This document shows, piece by piece, positions 53,080 through 64,000 of a stretch of 64,000 nucleotides of DNA (position 1 is the first letter of the stretch; each line of letters starts with the position of its first letter). The notes under the pieces were generated by a model. The model was not told where the DNA came from. It saw only the letters and a list, made by a program, of their open reading frames with translations, and ran no database searches. The translations under genes and the position numbers were made by a program. Origin of the DNA: Hypanus sabinus (taxonomy: Eukaryota); contig NC_082721.1 in the NCBI RefSeq assembly GCF_030144855.1, forward strand, positions 2,418,001 to 2,482,000. The letters are read 5' to 3'.

Positions 53080-56000
53080 GAGAACCAGTCTCTCATTTAT
53101 CGTTCGTCTTCAGGAGTACAGGTTCACATCAATGAAAGCAACATCAAACACCATGAAGACAGATGAACCACCATGCTGTTTGTCCTGTTTATTTGTCATT
53201 CAAATGCTAAAAATCCCTCAGTACAATGTACACCATCCATTTCAAGCATGGATTGAAATTCTCCAGAAGGAGCAGCTTTCTTGCAGCAAATTCTTTGTAA
53301 GTTCGTTCTATTAGAGGTTATAGTCACAGTAAATAGGTTGGGAAAGTATCGACAGATCCGTAATGGCCCTTGCGGTTTCAGTCACCCCAATATAAACTTG
53401 TTGGTGACAAAAGGTGAAGATACAAATTACTCTGTTCGTGAGTTGTCATTTGCAGTTATTTCCACACGCAGAATGTTGCTCCATTGGTGAAACGATCTTT
53501 GACTCTCCGAAAACGTGTTCTTGAGGGTAGGTGCATTCATTCTAGAAAAATACCTGGCCATTGCTCACTCCTTCCCTGGCCACTGGGCCCTTATTCAGGG
53601 AGCTTGAGAAAGGGGGGGGGGGGGGAAATGGCAGGGATGAAGCCTCAATGAAACATGGGATCCAAAGGGCTAAGGGTTTGTGACAATCCTTGTCGCCAAT
53701 GTGAAGCTGGCTGCAATATTTGGTATGAACATGACATACAACACCCAAATGAGATGCATTGTCCTGTGGACTACAGTTCCTTCAAAGTCAAAGCTGGTGA
53801 GCTTTGCAGAATTGTTTCTTGTCCCCTTTCCACAAGAGTCCTACCTGAATGAATGGCCCACAATGACAGGGCGGGACATCTCAAGTTTTTTGAGGTTGGG
53901 CACAGGCCGTTTCTTCACCACAACCTCACTGTCAGGGAAAGGGGCAGGAAGATGGTATGATGATGGCAGTTACTAGACATCCTATTTCTTAGGCCTAACT
54001 CAGACAGGTGAGATTCCCAGTTCAGAACAAGCACACAGATCAGTGAGGATGACTGTCCAAATCAACCTAATCTGTCCTCAAATACTGCGAGAAAAACAAT
54101 CACCTTCAGTAGGCATGTAGAAGTGGGACCGGAGGAAGGATCTTCTTGAACATGGCCAATTTGCTCAGTAACCAGCAAGCACAGTCAGTAAATAGGCTGA
54201 CTCTCCACAGGACAAGCTCAAAAATGGGAACAGAATTATTACTATTGAATGTGATAGTATGGTAGTCTCTCGAGTTACAGATGGGGTTGTGGGGTGAGGG
54301 GGAGGGAAGGAGAAGCACAGCAACCCCTACAATCCACCCAGAGTCCTGAATAGCATATTCTTTAAAGATCCAATGAAAATCAAGGCAAAATCAAACTTAT
54401 ACAGCAACATAAATATCAGTTCTGTATGTTGTATTTTGGAGAATCTGAGGCTCTGCAGAGGGAACTTGCTTATTGAAATCCAGCCCAGGTTGCCACAGAG
54501 ACAGTAGTGAAGACAGTGAAAGTACGTTCAAAATGGCGATAGTTTGGAAAAGTGTGAGCCTTTTGGACAATTGCTCTGACATGTCCACACAATCAGAGGT
54601 ACAGGAGTGGGAAGTCAAAGAGTACACAGTGAGATCAGGAAGCAACGAAAGGAGGTATGACTGATCACGTGTATATGCGGATGATGTGCACCTACTGTTG
54701 GTGTGCAGACACTGGGAACGCACTGGAATATGGATAGATGATAAACACCTTAGCGGTGAACCCTTTCCCTCGAGAGTTCAGTGAGACTCTGAATGGACCC
54801 AGAAGCTGGAGAATAAATTTTGTTGTTACTTCAATCTCCACAGTGAGAAAATTCACATTAAAAAATTAACTCCAACGATACTTTGGTTGAATTAAGGACA
54901 TCATTCCAGCTAACCAAGCAAACACAAAAATACCCTCTAATAAACAAGAACATCTGCAAAATATTTTAATGGCTTTACTAATGACTAATCTGTATCAAAA
55001 ACTGGGGGAAAAATAAAAGTCTGCCCAAATGTCAGAAGAGTGTTGACAGGTTAAGGGTAAAGTAGCAGATTAAAATGACTGCCATGGGGGCAGGAAGACG
55101 GCGGCCCTGGTCACCAATACTGAAGGGTGATGCTTTTTTACAGGACTACCTCCACCATCACCAATTGCATTGGATCACTCAGGAAAGCTCACTTTCCCAA
55201 GGGAGCACATACACAGGTCACCTTCCCAGCCCAGAAAGATTCAGTATAAACAAGTCAAAGGCCCCCCCCCCCACCCACCCGCCTGCCTCTCCCATTGAGC
55301 ACAAGATCACCAAAAAACCAATAGTCAGTGCTATCCCAGGCTGGCTCTCGTTCAGCTGCAGTGGGATACTGGTCACGCACTCCAAGGATCGGGCAGGGCT
55401 CTTTACCTCTACGTCCCAAGCAAAGAGTTCAGTGCTACTGAACTCACAAACTGATGGAGGCAGATTATCACCAGGACACCACCAAAGACAAAACTTAATC
55501 CATTTGTTTACACAATCTCCCCCACTCAGAAACAATAGGAAGTTGGAATGATCAAGGCTAACCATGTTACGCCCAGATGTTAAATGTGTTGTTTACTGAC
55601 AGTATGGTGTGGGATTTGTGGGAATGACACGGAAGGAATCTGCATTCAGATGGAAAGAATCAGCATCACTGCACAATCTCCAGTGACTTTCATCCCGACT
55701 CCAAAAATAAAGTCTTAAAAATTTCAAATCCAGACAGTCAGGCTGCTTTGCAAACGGGTGAAAGTTGGAGGTAATTCTGTTTACTTATAAACAATTCTAT
55801 CAGCACACTAGTGGAAGAGTAAAGAAACGTCTATACACCTGATCTGCACCATGGGAAGGAGATCAACAAGGCCAAGTCTCTCTGACATCTCCACTCGAGA
55901 TGGGACACTCCCAACTGCCCCCACTTTATCCCACACCCTGAGTGACCTGCACTACATTCATCAGGGTGGAGGGACCTCTTCCACAGTTCCCAGAACAATA

Positions 56001-56408
56001 CAGCTACTGCAGAACCAGAGATCCATGATGATATCACTTGTATCACAAAGTGAAAAACAGCAACACATGTGTGAGCACTAAATACGTGTACTTGCACACA
56101 CGCACATAGAAACAGCAAGTAAAAGAGACCTCTTTTCCACATGCAGTGTCATTGTAATCTGGCAAGATGTATGCCTATGTCCATCTGGTTACACATTGTA
56201 CTTTCCCTTATACGCTGTGCAAGAACAGTGCTCACAATTCCAAGAAATGCAGACTCTACTGTACGGGCAGTTTCTGGGGTGACCTGGGCCCCACACCTTT
56301 GACCGTTGGACTGCGTGACTGCAGCGAGCAAAGATGGGGACAAGGTATTCGCCTTGGCCTTTCCAAGCATCTCTGTCTAACCCTCCCACCCACCCCACTC
56401 CACTGCAT
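53080..56408 (-). other. GATAD2A: Probable GATAD2A 3' UTR (~3.3 kb)
   Basis: Repeat-free stretch after the stop codon; minus-strand ATTAAA at 54965-54970 and AATAAA at 53188-53193. Confidence 0.6.
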
Positions 56409-56542
56409 CTATTTCCATGCGTTGGATGGCTGGTTGATGGATCGTGAAGGGATCATGTCCAACAGGTACTCGCGGTGACGATCCATGGTTGATGACGTCT
56501 TCTGGCCTGATAGGTTTGGGCTAACGTAAGCCATTGTAACCC
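56409..56542 (-). CDS. GATAD2A: Transcriptional repressor p66-alpha, last coding exon
   Basis: tttccag|(G)[43 protein letters not shown], compared with the human C-terminus ...[23 protein letters not shown]. Absent from the ORF track. Confidence 0.92.
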
Positions 56543-57914
56543 CTGGAAACAGAAAGAGTCAGAAATCAGCAGGAAACCAGCAGAGAGAGCACACTATACC
56601 CTTGTTCACTATGGACGGTCCACTGCACAGGATTGGAAAAGGCTGCTGAAAGTTGTGAAAACTCAGTCAGCTCCATCATGAGCACTAGTCTTCCAGCATC
56701 GAGAACATTTTCAAAATTCCATGCCTCAAGAAGGCAGAATCTGTCATTAAAGACCCCCATTACCCAGGACGTGCCCTTTTTCTCATTGCTACCATCAGGA
56801 AAGAGGTACAGCAGCCTGCAGATGTTTCAGGAACAACTTCTTTCCCTCCACCATCAGAGTTCTGAATGGACAATGAACCCATGTACACTTCTTCAAATTT
56901 TTTTTGCCCTCTCTTTGCACTAATTTATTTTTAAAATTATATTTCTTATTGTAATTTAGTTATTTTAATCATGTATTGCAATGTTCTGCTGCCACAAAAC
57001 AAAGTTCATGACATATGCCAATGATATTAAATCCGATTCTGATGGCTAACCATTTTATTCCTGCTGGATAAGGACGCTGCTTCTCATCGATAATGTGGTG
57101 TGGGGTTTGTGGAAGTGTTTAAAATCAATTACTGCACCATCCTCTGTTCCCAAGCAAGAGAACCCCTCCACCCTACCAAGAATCAACATCATTGACATCT
57201 GACTCAAAACAAGCACCACAGCTGGAATTTCAAATCTTCATAGCCCGGATCATCAACAACCTTTCTTGACACATACCACACACTTCACTTGACAGTGGTG
57301 GTGGTGTGGGTTGGTAGGAGAAGGGGAGGAGGCTGTAAAATAGTCAGAGTATTCACAAGATATTGGAGGAACTCAGCAGGTCAGGCAGAGGAATAATCAG
57401 CCAAAGTTTGGCTGATAAAAGGTCTCTGCCCAAAAGGTCAACTGTTATTCCCCGCCAATGAAGCTCCCTGACCTGTTGAGTTCCTTCAGCATTTTGTGTG
57501 TGTTGATCTGATTTCCAACATTCAAGACTGTTTAATGTCAATAAAAATCTAGAATATAATCAATACCTAGATTGATTTTATGTCCACAGAGTGAAGCTAG
57601 GCACAGGACTGTCTGTACATAAGGTGACTGACAGGAAATAATAAAGTAGTGTTGGTTGGGTGTGTGGAGGGGTGGGTTAGTTGTCGGAGGCGTTGTTCAG
57701 CTTTACTGCTTGGAGAAAGTAGCTATTTTTGAATCTGGTGGTCCTGGTGTGGATGCTACGTGGACGCTTCCCTGATGTTATTAGTCCCTTTCCAGCAGCT
57801 TTCTCTCTGCCCTTGATGGTGATGGGCAGTTTTGACTACCTGTTGTCGAGCATTGACAGAATCTCAAGTTGGAGCCGAGGACACCATTATCTTCCTGCTT
57901 CAACAGGCTTACAT

Positions 57915-58865
57915 TTATCTGAATGAGTCAGGCAGCACTGTGAGAATCATGTTCTTTGATTTCACCACTGCTTTAACACCCTGCTTTACTAGGGAGTAAG
58001 CTCACGGAGATGCAGGTGGATGCTCCCACTAGCTTACAGACTACCTGTCCAGACAGCCACAGTCTGTGAGATTGCAGAGCTGTGTATCAGGTATTGTGGT
58101 AAGTAGCACAGGGGCACCTCAGGGGACTGTCATGTCCCCCTTCCTGTTCACTGTCTACATCTTGGACTTCAGATACGACTCGGAGTCCTCCCACCTGCAT
58201 AAGTTTTCGGATGATTCGGCAGTTGTGGGCTATATCAGCCGGGGTCAGGTGGCTGAGTACAAAAGAGTGGTGGACAACTTTGTTGAGTGGTGTGGGCTGA
58301 ATCACCTGCAACTCAATATCACTAAAACAAAAGAGTTGGTGGTTGACTTCAGGAAGGTGTAACCACCCTGTATTTCCATCTCCATTAAGGGAAATGATGT
58401 GGAAGTCATCCAGGACTACAAATACCTGGGAACTCACCTGGACAATAAACTAGACTAGACTAAAAATTCTGGGGCTCTGTACAAGAAGGCGGCTCTGGTC
58501 ATTCAACGTCTGCAGTACTATGCTGCAGATGCTCTACAACTCAGTGGTGGCCAGCATTCTATTCTGCACTGTAGTCTGCTGGGGCAGCAGGAAGAGAGCA
58601 GCTGACACCAAAGTGATCAATAAGCTCGTCAGGAAGGCTGTTTCATTTCTTGGGGAGAAACTGGATTCCCTGGTGGTTGTGATTGAAAGGAGAATGCTGC
58701 AGAAGCTATGAAGCATTATGAACAATCCCTCTCACCGCCTCCATGGTGTATGGGACAAACAGAGGAGCACCCTTAGTAACAGACTGATTCCACCGAGGTG
58801 CACCACTGAACACTGAACACTGAACCCTGTGGCTACAAGACTCTACAACTCTACAACTCCTCCTC
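57915..58865 (+). mobile_element. Rex1/Babar LINE RT-to-3' fragment
   Basis: STGAPQGTVMSPFLFTVY..DF...KFSDDSAVVG...W...NHLQLNITKTKELVVDFRK; LYNSVVASILF..VVCWG. Confidence 0.85.
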
Positions 58866-59061
58866 CTTAAATATATAAATATATATGGTTTCATTGGACA
58901 TCTGTAGTTTGCACTATTATTTTATATTGTACATTTTGTATTCTTTTTCATACCTCAAAGCTTATATTTTGTATATACTTCTGACTGAGGAACCTTGCAA
59001 CAATAATTTCCTTCGGGATAAATAAAGTTTTATCTTATGTGCAGTGTAGTTATTTGCCTAC

Positions 59062-59239
59062 CTGTGTTGGGGGCCTGCTTCCTCCAGGTAGTGATGCTGC
59101 CTTTAGCACCAGCTCTTTCAGCGTGTTTGCTTTGCCTGTTGACAAGAGAGACGTTCTGCAGCTGAGATGACTGGCTGAACGTGTGCAGCACCCCACGGGC
59201 TGTGGTGCTCTGAGGTCCTCGAGACAACTGGCTGGATCC
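59062..59239 (-). CDS. GATAD2A: GATAD2A penultimate coding exon
   Basis: ttgcag|GSSQLSRGPQSTTARGVLHTFSQSSQLQN...WRKQAPNT-G|gtaggc, compared with human SQLSRG...RGVLHTFS; phase 1 matches the last exon. Confidence 0.88.
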
Positions 59240-60894
59240 CTGCAACATTAGTCAGAGGGTGTGTAAATAAAACCTTTAACTTACACATTACTCAAAACAT
59301 ATTACTTACATCTATGTTCAACCAAAATAGTTTCTGGGGTAGAACAGCAACCCAAGTATGAATGATGTATAGTTCAGGTTGAATAGAAACTAATGCTCTC
59401 CTGAGTTTACCACAACAAGCCCCAGTCATCAGACCACTATCACAACAGCCTAAGTTAAAGAATAGCTTTAACTGTCACACTGTACATCGAAACATTGAAA
59501 CATAGTGAAATGTATCATGTGCGTTGTTAGATCCAGCTGGTTAGTTCTTAGACTTTGTTATTTTCTTTGCAGTTTAATAAATAATTATCTGCTTGTATTT
59601 TTAGTAGTTATATATACAATAAACTGTCTAGTATGCTTCCTAGTGCTCACAGTTTATAGATGCAGTTCTTTAGTGTGTTCTTATTATGGTTATACAAAGT
59701 ATGATTAAGGAAGCTTCTCTTGGTACTGCATTATTTAAGTAAGTGCTTTCTCTGTGGTGGACTCTTATCTACAAATTTGAATGGAACTTTCCTTACTTAT
59801 GGGTATAATAGATGTGCAGTGCCAGCTTAATCTTAATATCTTAGCTTTTTGTCTCCCCTGTCATTAGTAGACCTCTATCATTGTCTGTTTCAATTTCCAT
59901 TTGTTCTACCAACGCTTAATAAAATGTCCACGAAGCAACAAGTTTTGTGCCTCTTTCCAGACTTCTGAGGGAACCTTGGATTACAGTGGTACAAGGATGT
60001 ACTAGGGGTAGCCTGCAGGTGCCGTCATGCTTCCAAACCCAACACAGCACGCCTTTTACTTATTATCCTTGTTAAGAGTGATTTCTGGGGTTAGGTCATT
60101 TACATTTAGCAAATGGGTTTGGCTAGCAGTCTTCTATTCCTTGAAAATGTATTGTGGATATAAATTGGAACAATGTATTTCTAAAAGCTGTGAATCCCAG
60201 TCCACAGATGATGCTGGCGTCCGTGGGATGGATGCGAATTAGGAGGTGTGAAGTCTGTATATAATCTCAAAAGAAAGTGTTGTCTATACTTTGTAAATAT
60301 GGAATTTTCCTTTGTGTTCAGCAGATAAATATCGAGCCCCATGTTGGGCTAGCAGACTTTTCCACCGAAAGCGTCTCCACATGATGTCTGCTGTACCTTA
60401 TTTTGTTGAAAAAAATAGCTGTTTTGTATCTACCAGTAATTTTCTCTGGCGATTTCATTCATGCAACAACAATCCCGAACCTGTATGCCTTTGGAACGTG
60501 GGTAGAATCCGGAGCATCCGGAGGGAACACATGCAGTTACGAGGAGAATTTACGAAACGTACAAACTACTTACAGGCAGTGGCGGGAAATGAAGCCCAAT
60601 TGCTGGCAGTGTAAATTGTTACACTAACCATTATGCTACCATGTTGTCCCCGTAAACAGTCATGGCATTACTTAGCAAATCGCTGATCAGCAATGTCAGA
60701 GAGAGGAGTTGGTTTGGCTGTTCCCTATTCCACCAAGCAATCAGGCTATTTTAGACTTAGCATTTCTCAGTAAGTACAGATATTTAATAATCTGGGAGCA
60801 TGGGGTCTTAGAAAAGAGTGAGCATAGTATTATTTTGTTTATATACTGTGATTAAAAGTTTAAACCTATACAATACAAAGCTTAAAGATGGGTA

Positions 60895-61175
60895 CCCATG
60901 TTAGCATATGGGTTAGTGCAATGCTATTAGAGCTCGGGGAGGCAGATTTGGAGTTCAATTCTGGCATCCTCTGAAGGGGGTTTGTACGTCCTCCGCATGG
61001 TATGTGTGGGTTTCCTCTGGGTGCTCCAATTTCCTCCCACAGTCCAAAGACATACCAGTTGGCAGGTTATTTTAAATTGCCCATGATTAGGCAAGGGTTA
61101 AACTGGTGGGTTAATAACGGCGTGGCTCAAATGCATGGAAGGGCCTGTTCCGTGTTGTATTGCTAAATAAATAAG
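60895..61175 (+). mobile_element. V-SINE (HE1-like)
   Basis: tRNA-like head (GGTTAG…GAGTTCAATT), core GTGGGTTTCCTCTGGGTGCTCC…CTCCCACAGTCCAAAGAC, (TAAA)n tail. Confidence 0.7.
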
Positions 61176-61934
61176 TAAACAACCAGGGTATTTTAAATTG
61201 TGGTGTGTCAATAAATGGCATGGCAGGAAACAAGCCATGGGGTCAACTTTTAAAGAATTAATACACTTTACAAAGTGTGCCCAGCTGCTGTGGGAATGCT
61301 GGCCTTTAGCACAGGAGAATTTGAGTGCACAAAAACATAGAAAACATACAGCACACAGTGCAAAGATGTGTTACTCTGTGAAATACCAACTGGAATACTG
61401 TGAGGCAGAGCATGGGTCTGAAAGCAGGGAAAGACCCGAGGTTTGACTGATTTAAGTGCTGGGCCAAATTGGAAAGGTCAGGTATAGGCCAAAATAAGGA
61501 GGCGGGGCCCAGGATCATATTGAGGCAGGGTGTGGGTCTGAGAGCAAGGAATGAGCCAAGGTTTGAAATTTAAGTGAAAAGGTCAGAGTGACAGGTGGAG
61601 ACTCAGCGCGCTGCACCATGACGTTTACTCGTCTCTGCGCTGAACTGCAGCTATGGCCTGCTCCTGGACTGGCTTCGTGGCTGTGGACTCACTTTTGTGA
61701 ACTTCAGTTCTGAATGTTATTTGCTTACTTTTATTGCTTACAGTTTTTTTTAACACATTAACTGTTTGATGTTTTTTTTAAATATGGGTTCTATATTGGG
61801 TTCTTTGTTTTGTGACTGCCCACAAGGAGTTGAACCTCAAGGTCAAATAAAGTACACATACTTTGAAAATATAAGTACTTTGAACTTTGACTGCCTCCTT
61901 ATTACAGCAGTTCAGCTAATGAAAATCCACAATT

Positions 61935-62795
61935 CACTACCACCTCACTCAATGTCAGCAGGACCAAGGAGCTGGTGATTGACTTCAGGAGGAGGAAACC
62001 ACAGCCAGTCCTCATTGGGGGATCCAAGGTGGGGAGACACAGCAGATTTAAATCTCTCGGTGTTATCATTTTGAAGAACCTGTCCTGGGCCCAGCATGCA
62101 AGTTAAATTACGCAGAAGGCATGACGTTGGTCATGGAAGGTCACTACTTCCTTAGGAGATTGTGAAGATTTGGCAAGACATCTAAAACTTCAACAAGCTT
62201 CTATAGATGTGTGGTAGAGAGTATATTGACAGGTTGCACCATGACCTAGAATGGAAACACCAAATGCCCTTGAATGGAAAATCCTACAAAAAATAGTGGA
62301 CATGGCCCACACGAGGAAATCTGCAGATGCAGCACTGTCTCGGCCTGAAACGTCCACAGTGCTTCTTCCTGTAGATGCTGCCTGACCTCCTGTGTTCCAC
62401 CAGCATTTCATTTTGTGTGTGTTGCTGGACATGGCCCAATCCATCACAGGTAAAGTCTTCCCCACCATTGAGCACATCTCCATAGAGCCATATTTCAGGA
62501 AAGCAGCAACCATTATCAAGGACTCCCACCACCCAGGCCAGGCTCTTTTCTTACAACTGCCATCAGGGAGGATGTACAGAGGCCTCAGGACTCACACCAC
62601 CAGGTTCAGGAACAGTTACTAACACTCAACCATCAGGCTCTTTGAACAAGAGGTGGATAACTTCATTCATCCCATCACTGTACTGTTCCCTCAATGTATG
62701 GACTCACTTTCAAGGGCTCATCTCATGTTCTCGTCATTTATTGCTTACTTATTTATTATTATTATTTTGTATTGTACAGTCTGTTGTCTTTTACA
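61935..62795 (+). mobile_element. Rex1/Babar- or L2-type LINE 3' fragment with an embedded Penelope-type terminus
   Basis: AAGGAGCTGGTGATTGACTTCAGG; FRKAATIIKDSHHPG...LPSGRMYR...TTRFRNSY. Confidence 0.7.
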
Positions 62796-62799
62796 CATT

Positions 62800-64000
62800 A
62801 GTCCTCACCCTTAACAATTTCTCCTTTGGCTCCTCCCACTTCCTCCAAACTAAAAGTGTAGCCATGGGCACCTGCATGGGTCCTAGCTATGCCTGCCTTT
62901 TTGTCAGCCATGTGGGCAATCTATGTTCCAAGCCTACACTGGTATCTGTCCTCCTCTTGAGTGCGTTATATCGACGACTGCATCAGCGCTGCTTCCTGCA
63001 CACATGCTGAGCTCGTCGACTTCATTAACTTCGCCTCCAAGTTTCACCCCGCCCTCAAATTCACCTGGTCTATTTCCGGCACCTCCCTCCCCTTTCTAGA
63101 TCTTTCTGTTTCTATCTCTGGAGACAGCCTATCCACCAACGTCTACTACAAACCTACTTAACTCCCACAGCTACCTACACTATTCCTCCTCCCACCCTGT
63201 CTCTTGCAAAAATGCTATCTCTTTCTCTCAATTCCTCTGCCTTCGCCGCATCTGCTCTCAGGATGAGGCCTTTCATTCTAGGACAAAGGAGATGTCTTCC
63301 TTTTTTAAAGAAAGGGGCTTCCCTTCGTCCACTATCAACTCTGCCCTCCATCGCATCTCCCGTATTTCATGCACATCTGCCCTCACCCCATCCCCCCACC
63401 AGCCCACCAGGGATAGAGTCCCCCTGGTCCTCACCTATCACCCTACCAGCCTACAGATCCAACGTATAATCCCCCATAACTTCCGTTACCTCCCACGTGA
63501 TCCCACCACCAGCCACATCTTCCCCTCCCCCCCCCCACTCTCGACTTTCCACAGGGATCACTCCCTACGCGACTCCCTTGTCCATTCATTCCCCCCCCCC
63601 CATCCCTCCCCACCGACCTCCCTCCGGGCACTCATCCCTGCAAATGGAAGAAGTGCTACACCTGCCCCCACACTTCTTCCCTCACCACCATCCCAGGCCC
63701 CAGACAGTTCTTTCAGGTGAGGCACCACTTCACCTGCGAGTCAACTGGGGTGATATACTGTATCCGGTGCTCCCGATGTGGCCATTTATACATTGGGGAG
63801 ACCCGCCGCAGATTGGGAGACCGTTTCGCCAAACACCGGCGCTCAGTCCTCCAGCAGTGGCGGGATCTCCCTGTGGCCACACACTTCAATTCCACAGACC
63901 ACTCCCACTCCGACATGTCTGTCCATGGCCTCCTTTACCGTCAAGATGAGACTACACGCAGGTCAATGGAGCAATACCTTATCTCCCACCTAGGTAGCCT
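62800..64000 (+). mobile_element. Penelope-like retroelement (RT + GIY-YIG endonuclease), frameshifted, runs off the window
   Basis: AMGTCMGPSYACLF; RYIDDC...FLDL...VYYKPT; FKERGFP...VPLVLTYHP; FTCESTGVIYCIRCSRCGHLYIGETRRRLGDRF (GIY-YIG). Confidence 0.9.

Noticed and set aside
55075-55565. 158-aa and 115-aa ORFs
   Set aside because: They lie in the presumed GATAD2A 3' UTR with no recognisable domain, so they are likely chance ORFs.

Overview
Vertebrate genomic DNA, most likely a cartilaginous fish (inferred from dense CR1 LINEs, V-SINE/HE1-like SINEs and Penelope-like fragments). Four genes are recognisable. (1) A complete 7-coding-exon ARMC6 on the minus strand (37961->17559, about 466 aa). 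(2, 3) Two intronless, tandem TSSK6 paralogues on the plus strand (40803-41615 and 44317-45129; 270 aa each, about 71% identical by hand count), head-to-head with ARMC6. (4) The last two coding exons and a long, repeat-free 3' UTR of GATAD2A on the minus strand. A CpG/CCAAT promoter and a splice donor at about 450-1250 belong to a further minus-strand gene leaving the window (SLC25A42 is a synteny-based guess only). The rest is mostly transposon debris: CR1, Rex1/Babar-type and RTE-like LINEs, a Penelope-like RT+GIY-YIG fragment, a TA-flanked Tc1 element, a solo LTR with a perfect 4-bp TSD, hAT and Tc1-type MITEs, SINEs and tandem repeats. The most notable observations are the TSSK6 duplication, which retains a shared core promoter and a conserved out-of-frame uAUG at -13, and about a dozen decayed copies of a minimal hammerhead-ribozyme motif in Penelope-type termini, often arranged as fold-back hairpins. 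All coordinates were read by eye and no searches were run.
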